Part shown: positions 44,611-55,016 of the stretch, in pieces
Numbering within the stretch: the stretch's first letter is position 1
Layout of the letters: each line of letters opens with the position of its first letter
Assembly (NCBI GenBank): GCA_012842275.1
Contig: DUSK01000095.1
Coordinates: forward strand, 1 to 59,995
Direction of reading: 5' to 3'
Source: Syntrophaceticus sp.
Lineage (GTDB): Bacteria > Bacillota > DSM-12270 > Thermacetogeniales > Thermacetogeniaceae
Length of the DNA: 59,995 nucleotides
Made by a program: the position numbers and the translations under genes
The notes under the pieces: model-generated
Told to the model about the DNA's origin: nothing
The model's database searches: none
What the model saw: the letters and a program-made list of their open reading frames with translations, nothing else

Positions 44611-45326
44611 GCGGAAGGTGCTTTTTTGGGGTTAATGGTTTGGACCAGATTATTCCCGAGGGAATGGAATACGGCACTCAAATCTTGGTCAGTGGGGATA
44701 CAGGAATAGGCAAGACCGTCCTCGCAGGGCAATTTCTGCTTGAGGGGCTTCTCTGCGGTGACACCTGTATTTATGTGGCTTGTGATGAATCTCCTTCTGT
44801 TATGCGCCGCCACCTGAGGGATTATAAGGTGGGTGTGCAGGCCTATGAAAATGCAGGGCGATTAATTCTAGTTGATGCTTATGAGGAAGGGGAGAGCAAG
44901 GAGAAGTATTTTATTGCCAATCAGTACAGCCTGGAAAAATACGCGGTTATGGAAAGGCTTCTTTTGCAGCGCTTTCCCGGCAGGAGACTCCGTCTGGTGG
45001 TAGACAGCCTGAGCACTCTGCTGATCCCTTTTACACAGGAGGAGATCCTGGAGTTTCACAGAAACAGACTGAAATATCTGCGAAAAAACGGAGTGCTGAC
45101 CATGGATATCATGGTTGACGGAGTGTTGGATCAAAGGCTGATGACCATTGCCGGGCATTTATACAATGTTACTGTGCGGATGAAGTTCGGTGGCTCTGAG
45201 GGGCGGCCGGACAGGATGATCCAAGTAGGGAAGGTCAAGAGCGGCAAATTTGATGCTGTTCCTCGCCGGTTCGGGATCAGCCCGGTTTTCGGTATTATCA
45301 TTTATGCCGCGGATATGGAGGTATAA
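44607..45326 (+). CDS. KaiC/RadA-like single-domain ATPase
   Basis: GVNGLDQIIPEG.., Walker A GDTGIGKTV, ACDESP, Walker B LRLVVDSLS. The start overlaps the upstream stop (ATGA). Confidence 0.8.
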   Translation: MSGRCFFGVNGLDQIIPEGMEYGTQILVSGDTGIGKTVLAGQFLLEGLLCGDTCIYVACDESPSVMRRHLRDYKVGVQAYENAGRLILVDAYEEGESKEKYFIANQYSLEKYAVMERLLLQRFPGRRLRLVVDSLSTLLIPFTQEEILEFHRNRLKYLRKNGVLTMDIMVDGVLDQRLMTIAGHLYNVTVRMKFGGSEGRPDRMIQVGKVKSGKFDAVPRRFGISPVFGIIIYAADMEV

Positions 45327-45330
45327 AGGG

Positions 45331-46329
45331 ATGAACAATACAGCAGAGCTTTACCAAAGGATTATCAACTCCATCTATTTATCTTTGAGCGAGACCATCG
45401 CAAAAATTCCTTTCGGCGGTAAGTACCTGCTGGAAGAGGTAACCCGGAAGGTCGGGGAACGCATATTAAAAGAAAATGAAAAAAAATATCCACCTGAGAG
45501 TAAAAGACCTGTTGATATCTGTACTGCCTATTTGAAAGCCATCGGTGCTGCTGACCCTCTACAAATTGGTGTTATTGAACTGCGGGAAGAGGGCACCGAT
45601 GTTTTGATCACCATGACCCAGGAAAACTGTATTTACCGCTATTATTGTGAGGGAGCAGTGAAGGATGGGCTCTTGTTCTGCTGTCCGCGCCTGGGAGCCT
45701 TACAGTCTGTATTAACCAATACCCTGGGCATGACTTATTCCACAGAGATGAAATTGTTTGATCAAAAAACAGGGAAATGTCAGGGACGCCTTTTCCCTGT
45801 TAAGCGGCGGTTACGGTCAGAGATGGTGCACAGTTCAGGGGATACACTGACCCTTGCTGGGGAAAGGGCGATCCTGTTTACCAGAGATGTATATATTTCC
45901 CTTTTGGCTGCCATCAGGGATTATGCTCCATTTATTTTAAAAAAGGTGCTTTTTGAAGCCGGATACAGGTCATGTCTCCCTTTGGCAGAAGAGGCCTTGG
46001 TCTTCTATAATACTGCTGAGGAAGCATTAGATGTCTGTTTTGAGGAGTTAAAAAACTGCGGCCAGGGGAGATTAGAGCTTGTATCTTTGGATAAAAAAGC
46101 AGGGCATGCTGTGATTCGCTGCTATCAATCCTTTGAAGTAGATGCTGTTAAGGGGATCAAGCTTTACCGTACCCCTCGGGTGAGTTGTGACCTGCTGCGG
46201 GGGGAGCTTTCCGCTTGTTTAAGTGTAATTCTCGGACGCTCTATGGTCTGTATGGAGATGGAGTGTGCAGCCATGGAAGGGGATTACTGCGAGTTTCATG
46301 CCTATTCTGAGGAGGAAGAAAAGATATAA
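45331..46329 (+). CDS. V4R (4-vinyl reductase-type) domain protein, Cys-rich
   Basis: ATG 45331 after GGAGG (the track start 45250 is rejected). The C-terminus RVSCDLLRGELSACLSVILGRSMVCMEMECAAMEGDYCEFHA fits the V4R pattern C..G..G..E..C...GD..C.F. A second Cys-rich V4R-like half lies in the N-terminal part. Confidence 0.65.
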   Translation: MNNTAELYQRIINSIYLSLSETIAKIPFGGKYLLEEVTRKVGERILKENEKKYPPESKRPVDICTAYLKAIGAADPLQIGVIELREEGTDVLITMTQENCIYRYYCEGAVKDGLLFCCPRLGALQSVLTNTLGMTYSTEMKLFDQKTGKCQGRLFPVKRRLRSEMVHSSGDTLTLAGERAILFTRDVYISLLAAIRDYAPFILKKVLFEAGYRSCLPLAEEALVFYNTAEEALDVCFEELKNCGQGRLELVSLDKKAGHAVIRCYQSFEVDAVKGIKLYRTPRVSCDLLRGELSACLSVILGRSMVCMEMECAAMEGDYCEFHAYSEEEEKI

Positions 46330-46634
46330 TGGCTCATAAAGAGGGGGCACACCTGTCCGAACAGCAAGCTAACCAGGTTCAGGAAAGCATGATCCGCATC
46401 GATCTGCTTGCTTTTTTTCAGGCAAACCCCCATACAGTTGATACTGCAGATGGTTTAGCCAGGCGGCTGCACAGGCTACCAGCTGAGATCAGACCTGCCC
46501 TGGATTTTCTCACCAGGATTGGAGTTTTGCAAAGGGCGAACTATGGTAGCTTAGATCTCTTTTGGTTGAATAAAGGAGAGATGATCAACTCGTTTTTCAA
46601 TGAACAAAGGGGTCCTTCTCTTGAATATAAATAA
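46329..46634 (+). CDS. small putative winged-helix protein (101 aa)
   Basis: ATG shares one nucleotide with the upstream stop (TAATG). IDLLAFFQANPHTVDTADGLARRL..IRPALDFLTRIGVLQR looks like a MarR/ArsR-type wHTH. Confidence 0.55.
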   Translation: MAHKEGAHLSEQQANQVQESMIRIDLLAFFQANPHTVDTADGLARRLHRLPAEIRPALDFLTRIGVLQRANYGSLDLFWLNKGEMINSFFNEQRGPSLEYK

Positions 46635-47667
46635 AGATCCTACGTTAAATAGGGTATTGGAAGCAATCCCTCTTGGGATTGTGGTTTTTAATAGAAGTTG
46701 GAAAATAGTTGTTGTGAACAGTGCTTTTGCTGAGGTTCTAGGCATTGATCCTCAACTTGCAGGGGATCGGGATCTGAAAGAGATTTTACTCAATAAAGGA
46801 GTAAACCATAAACATCCGCTTTTCCAGACACTTGATGGTTATGAATACACCGGACCTGTACCACCTCTTACCGATAGTTATCCCTCCTATATCAGCACAC
46901 ACCTTCTGCAGGGAGAAGCAGGAGAGTGTTTGGGTGGACTTTTTCTTCTCTGGAATGCTGAGCGGCAGCAGGAATTGGAGCAGGCGGTGATCAAAGCCGA
47001 AAAATTGGCTATTATGGGTCAGCTGACCGCGATTACTCTGCATGAGGTACGCAACCCTTTAACAACTTTAAAACTGTCCCTGCAGTTGCTGTATAAAGAA
47101 CTTAAGGAATCAAAGCACGGGAAAAGCATAAAAAGGATGCTGGAATCACTGGACAGAGCAAATAATCTGATCGACAGTTATCTGCGGTTGGCAAAGCCCG
47201 GTATCCCTAAAAGACAGATCTATAAACTAAGGGAATTGATTGAGAGTGTTGCCTCCTTCTATGCAGCGGAGTTTAGCAGCAGGGGGATCCATTTTACTCA
47301 ATCATATTCTCCCTCCCTTCCTTTAATCAGTGTTGATGGGGACCAGTTTAAACAGGTTTTAGCCAATATTTTGATCAATGCCGCAGATGCAACACCCAGC
47401 GGAGGCAGTGTCAGTTTGAGTGCAGAGTATGATCAGGAAACTGAGAGTGTCAGGATCTCTGTTAGGGATACAGGGCCGGGTGTTCTTGAGGATGTGCTTC
47501 CCCATATTTTTGAACCTTTTTATAGCTCCAAGGAAAAGGGGACAGGCCTGGGGCTTTACGTCTGCCGGGAAATAATCCATAACCATGGGGGCGAGATTCA
47601 GGTCGCCAATAATTCTGATAGGGGTTGTACAGTAACCATTATTTTGCCTAAAATAGATATTAGTTAG
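46600..47667 (+). CDS. cytoplasmic PAS-domain sensor histidine kinase (orphan)
   Basis: PAS-like N-terminus (LEAIPLGIVVFN..VVNSAF), H-box LHEVRNPL, N-box LINAADA, G1 DTGPGV, G2 GTGLGL. No TM segments. Overlaps the previous gene by 35 nt; TTG 46621 is an alternative start. Confidence 0.85.
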   Translation: MNKGVLLLNINKDPTLNRVLEAIPLGIVVFNRSWKIVVVNSAFAEVLGIDPQLAGDRDLKEILLNKGVNHKHPLFQTLDGYEYTGPVPPLTDSYPSYISTHLLQGEAGECLGGLFLLWNAERQQELEQAVIKAEKLAIMGQLTAITLHEVRNPLTTLKLSLQLLYKELKESKHGKSIKRMLESLDRANNLIDSYLRLAKPGIPKRQIYKLRELIESVASFYAAEFSSRGIHFTQSYSPSLPLISVDGDQFKQVLANILINAADATPSGGSVSLSAEYDQETESVRISVRDTGPGVLEDVLPHIFEPFYSSKEKGTGLGLYVCREIIHNHGGEIQVANNSDRGCTVTIILPKIDIS

Positions 47668-47737
47668 TGCGAGTGCTTGTGTATAAAAATGGTATTATAC
47701 CTAATAATAGGAGAAGAAGTCAAAAGAGGAGAATGAT

Positions 47738-49405
47738 ATGCTGCTAGAAAATTTAAGAAAGGCCATTTATCAGGATTTAAAGGAAGCAGCTTTAAAGGCT
47801 CGGGAGGAAGGTCTGCTGGAATTCGAGGAGCTTCCGGTGTTTGTTCTGGAAAAGCCCAGGGAAAAGGCGCATGGTGATTTAGCCACCAATTTGGCCATGG
47901 TCTTAGCCCGCCCCGCCAAGAGTGCACCCAGGAAGATCGCCCAAATAATCCTGGATCACTTTCCTGCAGAGAGCAACCGGGTGATGCGCTGTGAGGTGGC
48001 AGGCCCTGGCTTTATCAACCTGTTTCTCGATCCATCCTGGGTTTATGATGTGATCCCTGAAGTTGAGGAAATGGATGAACACTACGGCTGTTCCAACATA
48101 GGTCAAGGGGAAAAGGTGCAGATTGAGTTTGTAAGCGCTAATCCCACCGGCCTTTTGCATATGGGGAATGCCCGGGGAGCAGCTCTGGGTGATACACTGG
48201 CCAATGTAATGGCTGCTGCCGGTTTTGACGTTACCAGGGAGTTTTATATCAATGATGCAGGAAACCAGATCGAGGCCTTCGGCCGCTCTCTGGAGGCCCG
48301 CTACCTGCAGTTGCTGGGCCATAATGTGCCCTTCCCAGAGGACGGTTATCCCGGAGAGGACCTGATCGAATCCATGAGGGGCTTTATCTCACAAGTGGGG
48401 GATAAATACCTGAAGGTAGCTCCCCAATTGCGCCGGGAGATTTTGGTGAAGTACGCCCTGAAAGAGAAACTGGAACAGATGAAAAATGATCTTGCCTCTT
48501 TCGGGGTTTATTATGATGTTTGGTTTTCGGAACAGACCCTACATGATTCCGGTGCTATTGAGGAGGTGTTAAAGGAACTCCAGGAGAGCGGTTATCTTTA
48601 TGAAAAGGATGGTGCCATCTGGTTCAGATCCACTCTCTTTGGTGATGAAAAGGATGAGGTGCTGGTGCGCAGTAATGGCGTACCAACCTATTTTGCGGCA
48701 GATATCGCCTACCATAAGAATAAGTTTCAGCGGGGGTTTGACCGTGTGATCAACATTTGGGGCGCGGATCACCACGGCCATGTGGCACGCCTCAAAGGAG
48801 CCATGGGTGCTTTAGGCTATAACCCTGACCGGCTGCAGGTGATCATCATGCAGCCGGTGCGGCTGTTCAGGGGAGGGGAGCCGGTAAGAATGTCCAAACG
48901 CTCCGGAGAGTATATAACCCTGCGGGATCTGATCGATGATGTGGGAAAAGATGCGGCACGCTACTTTTTTGTGAACCGCAGTTCTGACAGCCATCTGGAT
49001 TTTGACCTGGACCTGGCCCGGGAGCAGTCCAGTGACAACCCGGTTTATTATGTCCAGTATGCCCATGCCCGGATCTGCAGTATTTTGAAACAGGCGGGCG
49101 AGATCCCCAACTCCAAAGAGATCGATCTGACTTTGCTCACAGATCCGACAGAACGTGCCCTGTTGGAGGAGATCGCAGAACTGCCCAGAGAAGTGGGGTA
49201 TGCTGCCCTCCATCTGGAGCCTCACCGCCTGACCCATTATGTGTACAACCTGGCTAACCTTTTTCACGGCTTTTATACAAACTGCCATGTGCTCAATGCA
49301 GAAGCTGGCCTGCGTGAGGCGCGGCTGGCCTTGGTCAATGCCTGCCGCATTACCCTGCGCAACACTTTAAGATTAATTGGAGTTTCAGCTCCGGAAAGGA
49401 TGTGA
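47738..49405 (+). CDS. argS: arginine--tRNA ligase
   Basis: SANPTGLLHMGNARGA (HIGH region), MSKRSG (KMSKS) and a C-terminal DALR anticodon-binding domain. Confidence 0.95.
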   Translation: MLLENLRKAIYQDLKEAALKAREEGLLEFEELPVFVLEKPREKAHGDLATNLAMVLARPAKSAPRKIAQIILDHFPAESNRVMRCEVAGPGFINLFLDPSWVYDVIPEVEEMDEHYGCSNIGQGEKVQIEFVSANPTGLLHMGNARGAALGDTLANVMAAAGFDVTREFYINDAGNQIEAFGRSLEARYLQLLGHNVPFPEDGYPGEDLIESMRGFISQVGDKYLKVAPQLRREILVKYALKEKLEQMKNDLASFGVYYDVWFSEQTLHDSGAIEEVLKELQESGYLYEKDGAIWFRSTLFGDEKDEVLVRSNGVPTYFAADIAYHKNKFQRGFDRVINIWGADHHGHVARLKGAMGALGYNPDRLQVIIMQPVRLFRGGEPVRMSKRSGEYITLRDLIDDVGKDAARYFFVNRSSDSHLDFDLDLAREQSSDNPVYYVQYAHARICSILKQAGEIPNSKEIDLTLLTDPTERALLEEIAELPREVGYAALHLEPHRLTHYVYNLANLFHGFYTNCHVLNAEAGLREARLALVNACRITLRNTLRLIGVSAPERM

Positions 49406-49409
49406 AATA

Positions 49410-50042
49410 ATGATTATTCGCTGGCTGGGACATGCCTGTTTTTACTGTCAGGGGGAGGGCCTGCGGCTGCTCACGGACCCCTTTGAGCAGCGGGTAGGCT
49501 ATCCTCTGCCCGATGTTGAGGCAGATCTGGTCACAGTCAGCCATGATCACTATGATCACAATGCTGTTCATCTGCTGCCAGGGAATCCGGAGGTTATCCG
49601 CGAGCCTGGCGAACACAAGTACAGGTCTTTGCTTGTGAAAGGATATTCAGTATACCATGATGAGCTAAAGGGTGCTAAAAGGGGAAAGAACATTATCTTC
49701 AGCTGGGAGATGGATGGGGTTCACCTCTGCCACCTGGGAGACCTGGGGCACCGGCTTGATGACAAAACCATTGAAGCCATCGGTGGGGTAGATATACTGA
49801 TGGTGCCTGTGGGCGGTGTTTATACTATCGATGCAAATGAGGCCCGGCTGGTGGTCAACCAGCTCAAACCCAAAGTGGTAATTCCTATGCACTACAAGAC
49901 CCCTCATCTTTCTTTTGAACTGGGAGCATTGGACGACTTCACCAGCTATTTTGAGAGGATACGCAGGGAAAAGCTATGGCAGGGCACAAAAGATGACCTT
50001 CCATCAGAACAGGAAGTAGTGGTGCTTGACTATCTGAGTTAG
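49410..50042 (+). CDS. MBL-fold metal-dependent hydrolase (UPF0173-like)
   Basis: MIIRWLGHACF.. and VSHDHYDHN (HxHxDH-type motif). ATG 49410 lies just after the argS stop. Confidence 0.8.
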   Translation: MIIRWLGHACFYCQGEGLRLLTDPFEQRVGYPLPDVEADLVTVSHDHYDHNAVHLLPGNPEVIREPGEHKYRSLLVKGYSVYHDELKGAKRGKNIIFSWEMDGVHLCHLGDLGHRLDDKTIEAIGGVDILMVPVGGVYTIDANEARLVVNQLKPKVVIPMHYKTPHLSFELGALDDFTSYFERIRREKLWQGTKDDLPSEQEVVVLDYLS

Positions 50043-50055
50043 GTGCTTTACCACC

Positions 50056-50085
50056 TTGACAATTTACAGGGACCAAGAGTAGAAT
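50056..50085 (+). promoter_or_regulatory. sigma-A promoter candidate upstream of pyrG
   Basis: TTGACA, about 18 nt, TAGAAT. Confidence 0.45.
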
Positions 50086-50205
50086 TTGCTTTGTGTGATA
50101 GTAATTATTAAATAAAAAAGTATAAAGCACCGCGATTTTATGAAGCCATCAGGCGTATAATATGATGGGCTTGCGGTCACGATCCATTTAAATGTATTAC
50201 ATTAG

Positions 50206-51822
<1,617 letters not shown>

Positions 51823-51935
51823 TATGTAAGTTTTTTATTTTGATTCTTGTATTGTTATTAGAGTCAGAGAAGGGTATAATATAGCATTGAACATTCCAGT
51901 ATTCAACAAAATAGGGAGCGACTGGGGGTAGCATT

Positions 51936-53021
51936 TTGTATAAAGTCCATTTAATAGGCGAAGATAAGAGGGAAATGTACAATCGGTTTGTGCATAGCTC
52001 ACTCCGCCCACACTTCCTGCAGACCTATGAGTGGGGTGAACTGAAAAGCAGCACCGGCTGGCAACCCCTGCGCCTTATGGTAACCAGAGATGATACACCA
52101 ATAGCTGCTATCTCCCTTTTGCAGAGAAAACTTCCGTTGATCGGCGGTTCGATCTTTTATGCACCTAGGGGCCCTGTGATAGGAAAGGACTTTGACAGTA
52201 AAGGTGAGGAATTCTTTTGGCAGGAGGTTAAAAAACTGGGTAGGAAACAGGGGGCTATACTGATTAAGATCGACCCCGATATAACTGTTCAAGAAAGGGA
52301 TGCGAAAGCCCGGCTGGAAGACTTGGGTTTCAGGCCCGCAGTTTCGGTGGGCGGTTTCGGAGGAATACAGCCCCGCTATGTGTTCCGCCTCGATATCAGC
52401 AGAACAGAGGATGAGCTGATGGCCGGGATGGCCAGCAAAACCAGGTATAACCTGCGTTTAGCCATCCGTAAGGGAGTTAAGGTTCGCAGAGGAGAAAACA
52501 AAAATGATCTGCGGGTATTTTATGATATTTTAAAGGAAACAGCGGAGCGTGACCGGTTCCTCATCCGGGACTACAGTTATTTTGAGAAGATATGGGATCT
52601 GTTCATTGCCGCAGATACCGCCCGCTTATTTTTAGCCGAGTACCAGGGCAAGGTAATTGCCGGTACCATCGCTTTTCACTGCGGAAACCGGGTTTGGTAT
52701 CTGTACGGTGCCTCCAGCAATCAGCACCGCAATGTGATGCCTAACTATCTTCTGCAGTGGGAGATGATCCGCTGGGCCAAATCCCTGAACTGCACTGTTT
52801 ATGATATGCGGGGGGTTCCCCCCAGTGCAGACCCGAACAATCCTTTGGCTGGTCTTTACCGTTTTAAAAAAGGGTTTGGAGCGGATTTTACTGAGTTCAT
52901 TGGGGATTATGACCTCCCCTTCTCCACTGTGCGGTATTTCCTCTGGCAGTGGGGTATGGCGGCCTATGAAAAATACTTGAATTATGTAAAACATAAACAG
53001 AAAGGGCAGGAGGAACACTGA
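51936..53021 (+). CDS. FemAB-family peptidoglycan interpeptide-bridge aminoacyltransferase
   Basis: FLQTYEWGELK, FYAPRGPV, KTRYNLRLA and the GLYRFKKGFG motif are typical of FemX/FemAB. TTG start. Confidence 0.8.
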   Translation: MYKVHLIGEDKREMYNRFVHSSLRPHFLQTYEWGELKSSTGWQPLRLMVTRDDTPIAAISLLQRKLPLIGGSIFYAPRGPVIGKDFDSKGEEFFWQEVKKLGRKQGAILIKIDPDITVQERDAKARLEDLGFRPAVSVGGFGGIQPRYVFRLDISRTEDELMAGMASKTRYNLRLAIRKGVKVRRGENKNDLRVFYDILKETAERDRFLIRDYSYFEKIWDLFIAADTARLFLAEYQGKVIAGTIAFHCGNRVWYLYGASSNQHRNVMPNYLLQWEMIRWAKSLNCTVYDMRGVPPSADPNNPLAGLYRFKKGFGADFTEFIGDYDLPFSTVRYFLWQWGMAAYEKYLNYVKHKQKGQEEH

Positions 53022-53049
53022 AGCAAAAAGGAGAGTAGATTAACAGAAA

Positions 53050-54210
53050 GTGGTAATCGAAGAAAAAGCCAAACCAGCATGGATAGAAGTAAATCTAGAT
53101 GCAGTTGCCCGCAATACCAGTCGTGTGAAGAAACTGATAGGTGATGGGGTAAGGCTCCTGGCAGTTGTGAAGGGCGATGCCTATGGCCTGGGCATGGTTC
53201 CTGTGGCTCATACTGTGATCAGCCACGGTGCTGATCTGCTGGGGGTTACCCACCCTGATGAAGGAGTAATTTTAAGGAATGAGGGTATTGATGCACCGAT
53301 TTTTATCTTTCGACCCCTGCTTCCAGGTGAAGAGGATCTTGTGATTAATTATCAGCTGACATCCTCGATCAGCAGCCTGGAGCAGGCGGAACGCCTGAGC
53401 GAAAGAGCCAGGGTCTATGGGATCAAGGTGCCTGTTCACCTGAAGGTGGAAACCGGTTTGGGAAGAACCGGTTTTTTGCCGGTTGCCATTAAAGAGCATG
53501 CTGACAGGCTTTTTTCCCTGCCGGGTTTAAAATGGGAGGGAATCTATACCCATTTTGCGTCTGCCGCAGGGGATCCCCAATTCACCAGGCAGCAGTTCCG
53601 GATTTTTCAGGCTGTTGTTGGTGACCTCAAAAAACGGGGTATACAATTTCCCCTGTGTCACGTCTGCAATAGCGCTGCTGCCCTTCTCTATCCTGAAATG
53701 CGCCTTGATATGGTGCGCATCGGAACTCTTTTATATGGAGAAAACCCCCCTGGTGTTAAAGATGATCTCGGCCTTGAAGAAAGCTGGTCCCTCTGGAGCA
53801 GGGTGATCCATATTCAGAAACTGGAGAAGGGGATGAGGGTAGGTTATGGAAGAACCCACCGGGTCTCTAAGGATACCACAATGGCAGTCATCCCTGTTGG
53901 CTACAGGGATGGTTTTGGAGTGGATGTTACCCCTCATCCTGCGGGGCTGATTGACTTAACCAAAGTTATTGCTAAAATAATTTTGGATTTTCTTGGATTT
54001 CCGGTAGGAAAATTATATGTAGACATCAACGGTACCCCTGCTCCTGTTTTAGGCAGGGTTGGAATGGAATTAACATGTATAGATGTGGGTAAGATACCGG
54101 GTATAGAGCTGGGGACACCGGTGCGATTAATGGCAAGGCGCACAGTGATCAGAGAGTCAATCCCCAAAAGGTATTGTATGCAAGAGACTGCCGGCAACAG
54201 TGATGCCTAA
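53050..54210 (+). CDS. alr: alanine racemase
   Basis: AWIEVNLDAVARN.., PLP lysine in AVVKGDAYGLG, and YGG/VGYG C-terminal barrel motifs. GTG start. Confidence 0.85.
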   Translation: MVIEEKAKPAWIEVNLDAVARNTSRVKKLIGDGVRLLAVVKGDAYGLGMVPVAHTVISHGADLLGVTHPDEGVILRNEGIDAPIFIFRPLLPGEEDLVINYQLTSSISSLEQAERLSERARVYGIKVPVHLKVETGLGRTGFLPVAIKEHADRLFSLPGLKWEGIYTHFASAAGDPQFTRQQFRIFQAVVGDLKKRGIQFPLCHVCNSAAALLYPEMRLDMVRIGTLLYGENPPGVKDDLGLEESWSLWSRVIHIQKLEKGMRVGYGRTHRVSKDTTMAVIPVGYRDGFGVDVTPHPAGLIDLTKVIAKIILDFLGFPVGKLYVDINGTPAPVLGRVGMELTCIDVGKIPGIELGTPVRLMARRTVIRESIPKRYCMQETAGNSDA

Positions 54211-54336
54211 ACCATGTAATAAAAACAGCAGCCAGTGCATTCATTATCAGAAACAATAAAAAAGGATTTAACAGATCAATGGAGAATTAGATAGAGATTG
54301 CAAATAGCTGCGGCAGTGGCGGAGGAGGTATCAGTC

Positions 54337-55002
54337 ATGATCATACAAACCATAAATGTGGTCGCTTTACGCTGCCCTGAATGCGGTAAAATAAAATATC
54401 ACACATTATCTTTTTTTTCTTTTAAAGACAATCAGCCCCTGCGTTTCAGCTGCGATTGTGGGACACAACTCCTTTCTATTGCTACCAAGGATCGCAAGCT
54501 CTACTATCTGCAGTTGGATTGTTTGATGTGTGAAACAAAACACCTCTACCACTATTTTTTCAAGGACCTCTGGTCAGCTGAGGTATTACCTCTTTATTGT
54601 GAGGATACCGGTCTTGAAATAGGTTTTATTGGACCGCTGCAGAAGGTGAGACAGAGCATTGCCCGGCAGGAAAAGTCTCTGCGGGAGATGGCGGAAGACC
54701 TGGGTTTTTCCGATTACTTTGCCAACCCCGAGGTTATGTATGAAATTTTAGATGATCTGCATAAACTAGCAGCAGAAGGGAAACTGTCCTGTCAGTGCGG
54801 AAATATGGATGTGGAAGTAGAGGTTTTTGCGGACCGGGTAGAGCTTCGCTGCCCCAGCTGTGGGGCCTTGGGAATCATAGGAGCGGAAACCAAAGATGAC
54901 CTGAAGGCCATGAAAAATATTTGGGAGATCGTGTTGAAGACAGGTACTCTGCAGTGGCTTTGCCGCGGCAAGGCAAAAAGAAGGAGAAAATCCAAGGAAT
55001 AA
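54337..55002 (+). CDS. hypothetical multi-zinc-ribbon protein
   Basis: ATG 54337 after GGAGGAGG. Cys pairs are CPECG, CDCG, CLMC, CQCG and CPSCG. Basic C-terminal tail KAKRRRKSKE. No family recognised. Confidence 0.6.
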   Translation: MIIQTINVVALRCPECGKIKYHTLSFFSFKDNQPLRFSCDCGTQLLSIATKDRKLYYLQLDCLMCETKHLYHYFFKDLWSAEVLPLYCEDTGLEIGFIGPLQKVRQSIARQEKSLREMAEDLGFSDYFANPEVMYEILDDLHKLAAEGKLSCQCGNMDVEVEVFADRVELRCPSCGALGIIGAETKDDLKAMKNIWEIVLKTGTLQWLCRGKAKRRRKSKE

Positions 55003-55016
55003 AGGGGGCATCACCC

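Noticed and set aside
43213-45326. A genuine kaiABC circadian oscillator
   Set aside because: The cluster and the window contain no kaiA and no kaiB (thioredoxin-like fold). The first ATPase is shorter than cyanobacterial KaiC, and the second has a single domain. It is therefore treated as a KaiC-like signalling ATPase module, not a clock.
47668-47737. T-box leader upstream of argS
   Set aside because: The gap is only 70 nt, far too short for a T-box, and I saw no specifier or T-box sequence.
54921-55016. An upstream extension of the fba ORF, suggesting a 32-codon overlap with the zinc-ribbon gene
   Set aside because: An RBS-preceded TTG at 55017 yields an N-terminus collinear with B. subtilis FbaA, so the extension is a read-through artefact of ORF calling.
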